Counted from the stretch's first letter, positions 53,352 through 62,640 are shown. The stretch: DNA of 64,000 nt from an uncultured bacterium (GCA_963722385.1 CAVRKK010000002.1:896001-960000), one strand, 5' to 3'. Made by a program: numbers and translations. The notes: generated by a model from the letters alone, not told the origin.

Positions 53352-53373
53352 CAGGTTGATGATGCCTTATTTT
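53247..53373 (+). repeat. Left copy of ~125-bp imperfect direct repeat (attL-like)
   Basis: GTAAAGGGATTTACAACTCGGCAGAAAGTCGTTAAGATTC...GACTTGATCAGCAATTGCCT...GATGCCTTATTTT recurs at 59103-59227. Confidence 0.9.
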
Positions 53374-53570
53374 GTGCTGGAGTCAAGGAAAGAATTGCGG
53401 TACTTAGTTAACAAGTTTAGGAATAAACAGGTCATATTTAGCAGTAGCCGCATTGTCATGAACCAAAGCAAGCTAAAATCCTGGAAGTCTTTTAGCTTAT
53501 GCGAATAGCTTCTGCAAAATATCAAGGACTCTGCTTGAGATTCTGTAACACTCTCCTAATTGAAAGATAG

Positions 53571-54193
53571 GTAAACCACTAGTTTAACTCGTGCGACTAT
53601 CAAGGCTTGGCCCTCGGATTAAGTGTAAAAAAACAGTTGTCGTATAAAATAATATCGGGCTGACGGCTCGATAGGAAGATATAATGACAACTGTTTATCA
53701 AAGTTTAGGCCATTCGAAGTGGAAGTGCAACTATCATGTGGTGTTTATACCGAAGTATCGGAAAAAGGGACTGTACGGCAAAATACGTGAATATTTGAAG
53801 CGACATTTCATGAGCTGGCGCAGCAAAAGGGATGTGAGATAGCAGGAGGGCATATAGTGCAAGATCATGTACATATGATAATCAGATACCGCCAAAATAT
53901 GCGGTATCTGAGATTGTTGGCTATCTGAAAGGAAAAAGCGCGATTGCGGTTGCTCGACAATTTGGCGGTCGCAAGAGGAATTTTAATGGAGAGCAGTTTT
54001 GGACAAGAGGGTATGCTGTTTCAACGGTGGGCTTTGAGCTTGATGATATAAAAGCTTATGTTAAAAATCAGATACAGCTTGATAGTCACAGTTCTGATGA
54101 ATCTGGTGAATTTTAAGTAACGTTAGCGAAACTGGCAGTCCTTGGGACTGCTCCACAGCCCTCAAGCCCCTCGCTTCGCGAGGGCGTTATGAC
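53571..54193 (+). mobile_element. tnpA: IS200-type element; tnpA pseudogene 53684-54116 with two frameshifts
   Basis: HSKWKCNYHVVFIPKYRKK, DHVHM (HUH), YLKGKSA, FWTRGY; subterminal hairpin GCCCCTCGCTTCGCGAGGGC then TTATGAC. Confidence 0.85.
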
Positions 54194-54540
54194 TTCCATA
54201 ACAAAGAGTTTGATAAGCTTACTGCAGATAAGAAAATAGTCACTAAAATGATGGACAATCTCTACCTTGATAAGATCAAAGGGAGAATTACTAAGAGGCG
54301 ACTACGACAGATTTTACCCAGACGGTGAGAGATCAGGCCATTGATGTTGCCATTCGGCTCGAGCAACTGCAAGAGGCTGAAGATAACTACTACCTTACTG
54401 CAAAATTGCCTTCTAGGACTAGCTAAACTTTGAATTATTTACGAGTTCAGAAGTGGAAGAAAAACGGCAAGTTATGAAACTTGTACTATAGTCGAGTTTG
54501 AAAAGGTGCTCTACGACGTGCAACCGCCATTCAATTTTTT
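54194..54540 (+). pseudogene. C-terminal remnant of a large serine recombinase
   Basis: Across several frameshifts: FHNKEFDKLTADKKIVTKMMDNLYLDKIKGRIT..DYDRFY..RDQ..RLEQLQEAEDNYY..ELFTSSEVEEKRQVMKLVL..YDVQPPF; LYLD..G.I and EKR..L patterns typical of LSR coiled-coil C-termini. Confidence 0.7.
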
Positions 54541-54601
54541 ACTAGGATGCAAACTAGGATAGGTGTTGACATCCTAGTAGCATCCGTGTTAACATCCTAG
54601 T
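54541..54601 (+). promoter_or_regulatory. Promoter-overlapping ACTAGGAT/ATCCTAGT box cluster
   Basis: Four boxes around TTGACA (54566); a related cluster lies at 56000-56048. Confidence 0.55.
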
Positions 54602-54627
54602 AGATCGTATCAATATTGGGGGACCTT

Positions 54628-56004
54628 GTGATTGAAAAGCTTCTTGCAAGGAATGAAGGTAAAACGCTGGAATTTAAAGAAAATGCAGGGTCTTTGCCCG
54701 GTATTATAAAGACCGTTATCGCTTTTGCAAATACAGCTGGTGGCACTATTGTTGTGGGAGTAGAAGATAAAGTTAAAAAGGTGGTTGGTGTAAACAATGT
54801 TCTTAACGAAGAGGAGCGCTTGATCAATGCAATTTCAGCTTCTATAGCTCCTTTTTTCATTCCCAATATAGATATTCAGACTTATCGCAAAAAAGAGCTT
54901 GTACTGATTCACGTACCTTATGCTTTAGGCCCTTATTATTTGAAATCTGCAGGCATTGAAAAAGGAACCTATGTCCGATTTGGCTCAACTAACCGTGTGG
55001 CTGATGAAGAAATGGTTGCCACGTTGCGATCTCTCGCAAAGAATGTGTCCTTTGATGAGGCTGCTTATATGTATGGAAAGCCTAATCTCTTGGATTGGCC
55101 TACTGTTAATAAGTTGTTCAAACGGGTACATAAATCGGTAACAGAGAACAAAGCTGAAAGCCTGGGGTTGCTTGCCAATTGCTCGGGAAAAAGGTATCCA
55201 TCATTTGGTGGAATTCTACTCTTTGCTGTTGATCGCTTAGAGATCTTTCCTGATTCCGTAATACGCTGTGCTCGATTTGCAGGAGATAATCGTGGTGGAA
55301 AAATTTTAGATCATATAGATATAAGTTCTCACTTGCCCTATGCAGTTGACGATGTACTTCATTTTATTGAGAAAAACACAATGAAACGAGCTGAAATTGG
55401 CAGAATAGTCAGGACGGATATCCCTGAATATCCACCAGAAGCGCTGCGAGAAGCAGTTATTAATGCTCTTATTCATGCTGATTATGCCATGAAGGGTTCG
55501 TCAATAATGATTGCAATTTTTGATTATTATATAGAAATAACTAATCCTGGCAGTTTACCTCCAGGATTAACGATGGAAAGCGCGCTATCAGGGTCTTCAC
55601 GCGTACGTAATAGGGTTATTGCGCGGGTATTTCGCGAACTGAAACTGATTGAGCAATGGGGGTCTGGGCTAAGAAAGATAATAGAGTCTTGTGTTGCTAG
55701 AGGCTTAAAAGAGCCCAAGTTTGAAGAGCTTGGTAATCAATTTAGAGTTACGCTTTACGCGACTATAGCTCATAAAGTCAAATTGGAGGAATGGCAAAAA
55801 GAGTTTATAGCTTATCTTAAAGAAAAAGTGGAAATTAGTACTAAAGAAGCAGCAGAATTTTGGGGCATTGCTACACGTAACGCTCGTCTTAAGTTAAAAG
55901 AACTTGTTGAGAAAGGGATAATCAAAAAAATTGGAACCGGGCCTAAAGATCCTCGCGGTAGATATATTCTGACTCAGAATTTTAATAACTTGGATGAGAA
56001 CTAG
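54628..56004 (+). CDS. AlbA_2 (Schlafen-like) + HATPase_c_4/RecG-C + winged-HTH protein
   Basis: EGKTLEFKE, AFANTAGG.I.VGV.D, YPPEALREAVINALIHADY, IEQWGSG, C-terminal HTH. Confidence 0.88.
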   Translation: MIEKLLARNEGKTLEFKENAGSLPGIIKTVIAFANTAGGTIVVGVEDKVKKVVGVNNVLNEEERLINAISASIAPFFIPNIDIQTYRKKELVLIHVPYALGPYYLKSAGIEKGTYVRFGSTNRVADEEMVATLRSLAKNVSFDEAAYMYGKPNLLDWPTVNKLFKRVHKSVTENKAESLGLLANCSGKRYPSFGGILLFAVDRLEIFPDSVIRCARFAGDNRGGKILDHIDISSHLPYAVDDVLHFIEKNTMKRAEIGRIVRTDIPEYPPEALREAVINALIHADYAMKGSSIMIAIFDYYIEITNPGSLPPGLTMESALSGSSRVRNRVIARVFRELKLIEQWGSGLRKIIESCVARGLKEPKFEELGNQFRVTLYATIAHKVKLEEWQKEFIAYLKEKVEISTKEAAEFWGIATRNARLKLKELVEKGIIKKIGTGPKDPRGRYILTQNFNNLDEN

Positions 56005-56204
56005 GATGCATGATTATATCCGAGTATCACCCGTGTTAATATCCTAGTTGGTATAGATGGAATATAGGTATATATGTTCTTTAGATTGGTTAGAAACAGC
56101 AAGACTTGGAAAGGATGACCAACTATTGCAATATGAATCACGAATTGATTATGCTATTATTAATAATGTTAATTGAGTAATTATCCATTTTAAGGTGAAG
56201 GTTG

Positions 56205-56412
56205 ATGAAAGAGAGTATTAATCTATCTTTTAATCGCTTTAAGCGGAATAAGTATACCCTTTCTCTCGAGAGCTCAAGGGTGCCCTCAATCACACTATAA
56301 CGCTGCAGCAAAAATATGTTGCTTCACTGAGTATAATCCAACAACCAAACAATGTTGCCCTCTAAAATATCTTTCATATAATGGTAGCGGGTGTGTCTTC
56401 TCGTTAAGGTAA
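56205..56412 (+). pseudogene. Small secreted Cys-rich peptide gene with +1 frameshift after the start
   Basis: Removing one A after ATG gives MKRVLIYLLIALSGISIPFLSRA-QGCPQSHYNAAAKICCFTEYNPTTKQCCPLKYLSYNGSGCVFSLR*. Confidence 0.6.
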
Positions 56413-56464
56413 TCATACTATTAATAATTAATAATTGAATCAACGATGATGTCAGCTCTTTGAG

Positions 56465-56507
56465 AATCTTTCTGTACCTAAGCGGCGCGTTTAGGTACAG
56501 AAAGATT
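56465..56507. terminator. Strong hairpin downstream of the Cys-rich peptide gene
   Basis: AATCTTTCTGTACCTAA...TTAGGTACAGAAAGATT 17-bp IR. Confidence 0.6.
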
Positions 56508-57059
56508 AAGTTTGGCGCTAGCCTACATAACTGCCAATATTTATTATAGAACCTTTGTTGCGCAGTTAGAGGAACTTGTGACGGTGCAACAAATATAGCT
56601 CCGATCCTTTAAGTGTTTTGCTTCTGCATAATCGTAGGCTAGTGCCTCAGCATCACTTAACCTATCTTTTGAACAGATATAGTCTGTATCGAATAGAAAG
56701 GTAAGCTCTATCTTAAAATATAGAAACAGTTGACCGTGTATTGTTTAACCTCCTATAATATATTATATAAAGTTTGTCATTAAAAATAGGAATAGCAGAA
56801 GCGATATAGCTTTTTCATATATTTTAGTTACCTGCTTTTACTAATCTTATTACCAAGTACCTGCAGCACATCGATGGTGCCGTTCTAGTTTACATCTAAA
56901 TGATTTAGACACTTCAAAGGCCTTTGATTTTTACTCAAAGGCCCAAGTCCTGCTCCTTAAGATACTCTTTTGCCATTCTAGCAGTCAGAGTTGGGTCTAT
57001 ATGACCTACCCCCTCCTATTAGGGAGCTTCGATTCCATTAAAAAAATGTAAAAGGGAAG

Positions 57060-57352
57060 CTATTACATTATCGAGTTTTGAACAATTATTTGTCGTAGTA
57101 CCAGTCGAGCTGTTTGTGCTGCAGTCTTGCGTAAACACTGTTATGCCGACTCCGTTATTAGTAACAAGATAGGACGCTGTGGGTGAGAATGTTAACGAAG
57201 AAGCAGCTGCGCTGTAGAGTATAGGATGTCCCTTCGCTCAATGATCCTCCGGTTCCTACAGTAAATACTGTTATTTCTTCAGAAAAATTAGCCGTAGCTA
57301 AACAATTACCCGATGGCGAAGCGATACCGAGTGAATTCAGCACATCTTTCAT
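57060..57352 (-). pseudogene. Fragment of beta-propeller (lactonase-like) protein
   Basis: SPSGNCLATANF..ITVFTV and a second shifted blade-like YLVTNN..GITVFT; no intact ORF. Confidence 0.4.
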
Positions 57353-57572
57353 TGATCTTTTTAGAATATTACGTGTAATTTGTCAATATACCAGGCTAAG
57401 AATCTTGCCATCAAAAAGTTATTTCGTTAAAAAGCTCAAAAGAAAAGGAGAGCAGCTGTCCTTCCCTTAAATTCAAGATAGAAGCCTACTGCTGGATTGC
57501 TAAAAATATCTTTGAGTATCCTAATTAGGATATCTTTGTATTGAATAATATCGATAGTCATTTAAAATGCTT

Positions 57573-57600
57573 GCCATACGAAGCTTTAGCGAAGTATGGC
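57573..57600. repeat. REP-like palindrome
   Basis: GCCATACGAAGCTTTAGCGAAGTATGGC; same family as 52788-52855. Confidence 0.65.
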
Positions 57601-57854
57601 GGTACTTAGTTCAGGAAGAAAGAAGTTGCCCCCTTGTCCCAATATATCATGAATTTCTTTGTTAGGCAGCCTAAAATTGGGGTATGAGCATTAACTATTG
57701 CTATGGCTGTATGCTTGTTAAGCTAGAGCTTCTTAGAAGAATTATACTAATAAATATATAAGTTAATCGATATTTTATTCATTCGAAGTATAAAATCCTA
57801 GATTATTTATATTGTTATAGGTATAATTTTTGTAAACATGACGGAGTTTTTGTT

Positions 57855-58316
57855 ATGAAAAAAGGATCTAGTTCTGAAAAGCTTTTACTTGAGTATATTT
57901 CAGAGGCAGCGAAAGAAGTACAAACAATTGCGCGAGGACTGACGATAGGAAAATACGTTAAGTTTATTCGGCGGCAATTAAGAATGTCTCAGCAAGTTCT
58001 TGCAAAACGTGCTCAAGTTCCGCAGCCGACGATTTCTCGGCTCGAACAAGGCCGGAGTGAACCAACCTTATCAACATTGTCTAAGATATTTGATGCTCTT
58101 TTTTGTGAATTGGTTATTGCTCCTGTATTAAAAGAACCTATCGATATTATTCTACAAAAGCAGGCACATAAAGTTGCTCAAAAGCACATTGCTTATTTGA
58201 AGGGGACGATGAATCTTGAGCAACAAGAGCCAGATAATCAATTAGTAGCAGAGCTTGTTAAGCGTAAGCAGGAAGAATTACTGCATACCAATAGCAAACA
58301 ACTATGGGAAGAATGA
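57855..58316 (+). CDS. XRE-family HTH protein (mobile mystery protein A-like)
   Basis: IRRQLRMSQQVLAKRA.V.QPTISRLEQG..TLSTL, C-terminal GTMNLEQQ..LW; stop overlaps the Fic gene start. Confidence 0.85.
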   Translation: MKKGSSSEKLLLEYISEAAKEVQTIARGLTIGKYVKFIRRQLRMSQQVLAKRAQVPQPTISRLEQGRSEPTLSTLSKIFDALFCELVIAPVLKEPIDIILQKQAHKVAQKHIAYLKGTMNLEQQEPDNQLVAELVKRKQEELLHTNSKQLWEE

Positions 58317-59016
58317 ACATGATATTTTTTAGCTTTCCAGAAGATGCAACACCTATCAATGACTATAGCGGATTAAAGCTCACCTGGGTAAAAGATATAC
58401 CTGACTTGAATAGAGCTGAAGCTGAAAATATTATTCAAGCCAGGATCAATACCTGCATAAAAAGGTAATGATGCCTGAGCGGTGGTTTCATATAAGCTTC
58501 TTGAAAAAGGTGCATCAAGAAATGTTTGGTGATGTATGGGACTGGGCAGGAGAGTTTAGGAAAACTGTTACGTCAGTTGGAATAGAGCCAGCTTTAATTC
58601 ATCATCAATTAGGCGAATTATGCATCGAAGTAAATGCATGGTCTAAAAATCCTGTTGAGCTCACTTTTGTGGAAAAAGCTGTTCGGATTCACCACCGATT
58701 AGTATTCATTCATCCTTTTGAGAATGGGAACGGCCGCTTCTCGCGCTTAATCGCCGATCGCTATTTAGCAGCTTACCATTGCTCATACCCAAGCTGGCCC
58801 CATATTTTACAAGATAATGGTGAAGCACGATTATTATATATTCAAAGTTTGAAAGCAGCAGATAGAGGTGATTTGCTGCTGAAGTTGGTCTATCTCTATG
58901 GTGCAAGAAACCCTTCTGCTCATGATTTAGCAAAGAATCCTTTCTATAGAAGACATTTTTTAGAAGAGCAAACGTTAGCGATTATTAAAGCTTTAACTCG
59001 ATTTATACAGAGCTAG
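58313..59016 (+). pseudogene. Fic-domain protein (mobile mystery protein B-like), frameshifted at ~58441
   Basis: N-part DATPINDYSGL...LNRAEAENIIQA; 1-nt loss; then MFGDVWDWAGEFR and HPFENGNGRFSR. Confidence 0.82.
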
Positions 59017-59102
59017 AATAGTCAAAATGATGTAAGAACTGCAATCTCTATAACGCTTATTTCAAGATTGCAATAAAATTAATTAATAAATTTTAGAAAG
59101 CT

Positions 59103-59227
59103 GTAAAGGATTTACAACCCGGCAGAAAGTCGTTAAGATTCGTGATAAGCTCCGTGTGGAGAGTTCATTCGGCGGCTAAGACTTGATCAGCAATTGCCTT
59201 TGTAGCAGGTAGACGATGCCTTATTTT
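59103..59227 (+). repeat. Right copy of ~125-bp direct repeat (attR-like); displaced DUF167 3' end plus pilC start
   Basis: Aligns with 53247-53373, with substitutions and two 1-nt deletions. Confidence 0.9.
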
Positions 59228-60403
59228 TTATGGCGAGGAATCGATTTAACGGGAACCATTCGGAGGGGCAAGCAATTTGCTCGTTCAAAACAGGTGCTCG
59301 AAAAGAGCTTGCTTAATAACGAAATAGCGCTACTCGCCTCTCGATTGTCTCGGCGCAGGGCGCGGAAACTATCAAATAAGCTTTGTGTTTCTTTGTGCGA
59401 CCAGATAGCAACACTTCTCGAAGCAGGATTACGTCTTGCCGAAGCGCTTGACCTTGCAAGCAAAACGATGTCGTGCAAGCTGGCCAGCACCATCTTAGCT
59501 GATTGCGGCCAAGCTGTTCGCGAAGGTATTCCCTTGCATAAGGTTCTTGAATGTCACGTGCCATGGATCGACAGCTTAATGATCTCATTAGTGGTGGCTG
59601 GAGAAGAGTCAGGCGCGCTCGCACGGACTTTTAGAATTTTAAGTGTTCATTATGAAGCACAGGAAGAGCTCGCGAGAAAATGCAAATCAGCACTTATTAT
59701 GCCGGCCATCACGTTTGCTGTTTTTGTCGTAATTGCGGTAGCTCTCTTTGTGCTTGTTATACCACGATTCGAGGCTCTCTTTATAATGCTTAATAAACCG
59801 TTGCCGGGGGTTACGCGCGGTATATTTGCGATAAGCTCCTGGCTACGATCTCGTAAAGCAGTAGGTAGTGGTGGCTTGGTTGTGGTCGCTTTAGTGCTGG
59901 CCTGGCATGCCTGGCGCTGGTATGTTCCCCTTCGAACGCGAGAAAATTTGGTGCTATCTTTGCCATGGGTGGGCAAGCTGGTGTGCTTGTATGGTATGAC
60001 TTTTTTCTTGCAGACGCTCAGTGTCTTGCTTGATGGAGGTGTACATTTGGTCACAGCGCTGGCGCTTGCCCGGCGAGCTCTAAAAAGTGATATGCTGGTT
60101 TCTATGCTTAGTCAGGTGGAGCAGGATGTTGAAAAGGGAGAGCCGTTGAGTAGTGCGTTGTCTCGTCATGGCCGCCTTAATGCGCCTGATTTGGTATCGC
60201 TTTTTACCCTGGGGGAAGCAACCGGAGCCCTCGCGCTCATGGTCCGTAAAGGAGCTGAGCTCTATCATAAAAAGATCTACCATGCACTACAGGTACTCGC
60301 CACGTTGGTGAGCCCGGTGGTATTATTGCTGCTTGGGTTTATTATCGGGTTACTGGTATTTGCCGTCTACGCTCCCCTTTTATCGCTTTCGCGCATCATA
60401 TAA
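59216..60403 (+). CDS. pilC: Type IV pilus / T2SS inner-membrane platform protein PilC/GspF
   Basis: QIATLLEAGL.L.EAL, AGEESGAL, three TMs, LGEATGAL. Confidence 0.9.
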   Translation: MPYFLWRGIDLTGTIRRGKQFARSKQVLEKSLLNNEIALLASRLSRRRARKLSNKLCVSLCDQIATLLEAGLRLAEALDLASKTMSCKLASTILADCGQAVREGIPLHKVLECHVPWIDSLMISLVVAGEESGALARTFRILSVHYEAQEELARKCKSALIMPAITFAVFVVIAVALFVLVIPRFEALFIMLNKPLPGVTRGIFAISSWLRSRKAVGSGGLVVVALVLAWHAWRWYVPLRTRENLVLSLPWVGKLVCLYGMTFFLQTLSVLLDGGVHLVTALALARRALKSDMLVSMLSQVEQDVEKGEPLSSALSRHGRLNAPDLVSLFTLGEATGALALMVRKGAELYHKKIYHALQVLATLVSPVVLLLLGFIIGLLVFAVYAPLLSLSRII

Positions 60404-60558
60404 GCAACAAACTTAAAGTTAATCTTTGGCAGCATGAGGGAGTACGGCATACCACATTATGGAGAGATTGTTAAGCAGAAGCACGTTGAGCTGTTGGTGG
60501 CCGTTGACCGTTTGGCTATTTATGGTAATCTTTAAATATGATTATTAAAAAATTATGT

Positions 60559-60644
60559 GCCGGGGTGGCGGAATGGCAGACGCACGAGACTCAAAATCTC
60601 GCGATGGCAACATCATGTCGGTTCGAGTCCGACCCTCGGTACCA
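60559..60644 (+). tRNA. tRNA-Leu(CAA)
   Basis: CGAGA-CT-CAA-AA-TCTCG, variable arm, GGTTCGAGTCC, CCA. Confidence 0.95.
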
Positions 60645-60658
60645 GAGATGGAATGACA

Positions 60659-60997
60659 ATGGCTGAATGTATATTTTGTCAAATTATTGCTGGCAAGCTT
60701 CCCGCCGCTGTCATTCTTGAAAATGACCAGGTAATTGTTATAAAGGATATCGCGCCCAAGGCGCCTATTCATTATCTTATTATTCCGAAGAAGCATGTGC
60801 CTGATATCGAATCTCTTGCGCCCGTTGATTATGATCTTGGTGCTCTTATATTTTCAACTGCGCAAAAGTTAGCACAGCAACAGCCGGAATTGCAAGATTT
60901 TAATATGCTCATTAATAATGGTCGCAAGGCCGGCCAGATTATTTTTCACTTGCACGCGCACTTTCTGGTGGGTGCGCAGATTGGGAAGCACTTTTAG
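60659..60997 (+). CDS. HIT-family nucleotide-binding protein
   Basis: CIFCQI, DIAPKAPIH.LIIPKKH, HLHAH triad. Confidence 0.93.
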   Translation: MAECIFCQIIAGKLPAAVILENDQVIVIKDIAPKAPIHYLIIPKKHVPDIESLAPVDYDLGALIFSTAQKLAQQQPELQDFNMLINNGRKAGQIIFHLHAHFLVGAQIGKHF

Positions 60998-61001
60998 TTA
61001 C

Positions 61002-61088
61002 GCCGGGGTGGCGAAATTGGTAGACGCGCAGGCTTCAGGAGCCTGTGGTGGCAACACTGTGCCGGTTCGAGTCCGGCCTCCGGCACCA
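61002..61088 (+). tRNA. tRNA-Leu(CAG)
   Basis: CAGGC-TT-CAG-GA-GCCTG, variable arm, CCA. Confidence 0.95.
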
Positions 61089-61095
61089 GGTTAGT

Positions 61096-62619
61096 ATGAA
61101 ATCAATATTTCTTGCTTCGGTTGTCGCAGCAATTACCGCAGCAAGCATTATGAGTTACGTAGCGCTTGCTACTCCCCTGGGCCCCTGGATCGAGCCTGTG
61201 CTTGTTCTATCCCTTTTGGCAATTATGCGGCTGGCCAGACAGCGCCATAATACCGATCTGCTGGTAGCTGTTTCAGCGTCAGGTGGCGTAGCGGGTATTG
61301 CGGCTGTTGCCTGTTCTTTTTCTTACCCAACACTCTTTTTTCTTGAGCCGGCACTGTTTGGTCAGTGGTTAGCAGCCCCCTTCTGTTTTATGGGCGGGTT
61401 GGCATCTCTCATTATCACCACGGGAGGGATTGCGTTTGTGCTTGTTGAGCTCTGTCAGGAGCAATTTCTTGGCCGTGAGGACTTGCCGTTTCCGTTGGTT
61501 AAGCTGGTGAGCAAACTGGTGAGTGTTCATGATAATGCCCCCCCTCGGTCGACACAGTTTTGTAAAGGCGTCGTGGGTTGCCTTATGGTTACGGGTGCTC
61601 AAAAACTTATGGTGAGTTCCTCCTTGAGCAGCGATAGCAGTCTGCTTGTAGCGCTCGGTTATGGCATTGGGCACACTATAGCGTTACCGTTAGCCGTTGG
61701 ATGCTTAATGAAGCTGACGTTACTTGATGGCTTAAAAAATTTATTTACACAAGTAAGCGCTCGTCAGCTCGTATTTGCTTGGTGTGCGGGTATGGTTGGC
61801 TATGGGGCATTGGAAAGTGTCATTCATATGGTGCGCTCATTAAGCTTTTACCGCTTACGCTCTGTTCGCTTAACGGAGTTTGTAAAGGCGCCGCAGGGCT
61901 TTGTGTGGAGCGGTGCCTTTGGGATCCCTGTCGTTTTGGTAAGCTCTGGCTTGGTGTTGCGCTTTTTTACGTTTTCGTGGCCGTCGATTATCTTTTTGTG
62001 GATAGCGACAATTATTGGTGCGCATCAGCTTCTGCTGATTGGTGCAAAAATAGGCCTGGCACCCTTAGGTCGCTACGCCTTACTGATTACCCTCGGTGGA
62101 TTAGCGTTCTTTCGATTTACCTCGGTTCACCTATCCATTGCAGCGACATTTGTTGAGCTTTGTGGTGGTATTGCGGTGGACCTCATGTTTGGCCGTAAAT
62201 TGGCTAACCTAACGGAAAGCGAGCGAGTTCCTGTTCGCCTTTGCCAAGCGATTGGGCTTATTATAGGTGCGCTCACGGTGAGCTTCATGATGTGGTTACT
62301 GAGCACGCAGGTGGGCATCGGACAACCTCCCCTTATTGCGCAGCGAGCCGCTACTCGTGCCTTGCTTGTTAAGGTGCATGATTTTCATTTGGCGAGCATA
62401 GTGTTGGGTGCTTGTTGTGCTTATATTCTTGCTCGCCTTAAAATTAACCCTGTGTTAGTTATGAGCGGCCTGTTCATGCCCCTTAACTATGTTGCTCCCT
62501 TGATCGGCGGAAGCTTAATAGGAAAGCTTAGCAAAGACAGTGAGTACTATTATCCCGCATGGGCCGGTGTTTTTGCGACAGCATCATTAATGACGCTTTT
62601 GGGCCTTTTTTGGCATTAA
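61096..62619 (+). CDS. OPT/YSL-like oligopeptide transporter
   Basis: Many TMs; LPFP, DLMFG.KL..Q.IG, PLIAQRA motifs. Confidence 0.7.
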   Translation: MKSIFLASVVAAITAASIMSYVALATPLGPWIEPVLVLSLLAIMRLARQRHNTDLLVAVSASGGVAGIAAVACSFSYPTLFFLEPALFGQWLAAPFCFMGGLASLIITTGGIAFVLVELCQEQFLGREDLPFPLVKLVSKLVSVHDNAPPRSTQFCKGVVGCLMVTGAQKLMVSSSLSSDSSLLVALGYGIGHTIALPLAVGCLMKLTLLDGLKNLFTQVSARQLVFAWCAGMVGYGALESVIHMVRSLSFYRLRSVRLTEFVKAPQGFVWSGAFGIPVVLVSSGLVLRFFTFSWPSIIFLWIATIIGAHQLLLIGAKIGLAPLGRYALLITLGGLAFFRFTSVHLSIAATFVELCGGIAVDLMFGRKLANLTESERVPVRLCQAIGLIIGALTVSFMMWLLSTQVGIGQPPLIAQRAATRALLVKVHDFHLASIVLGACCAYILARLKINPVLVMSGLFMPLNYVAPLIGGSLIGKLSKDSEYYYPAWAGVFATASLMTLLGLFWH

Positions 62620-62640
62620 GAAGCTAGCGTTTTTTTAATA

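Larger units (their letters stand above)
53247..59227. mobile_element. Decayed integrative element at the DUF167-pilC junction
   Basis: Flanking direct repeats, large serine recombinase remnant, IS200, AlbA/Schlafen-like gene, mobile mystery A/B, AT-rich spacers. Confidence 0.8.

Noticed and set aside
53380..53570. Possible N-terminal resolvase-domain remnant of the LSR (KILEVFSL..E)
   Set aside because: Too degraded to support without an alignment.
52843..57602. 15-bp match AGCGAAGTATGGCGG as a tRNA att site
   Set aside because: The second copy lies on the 5' side of the minus-strand tRNA, the wrong side for a 3'-end integration; better explained as a repeat family.
4459..62318. Numerous short antisense or alternate-frame ORFs inside long genes
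   Set aside because: Nested in well-supported CDSs, with no RBS or motifs; expected by chance.
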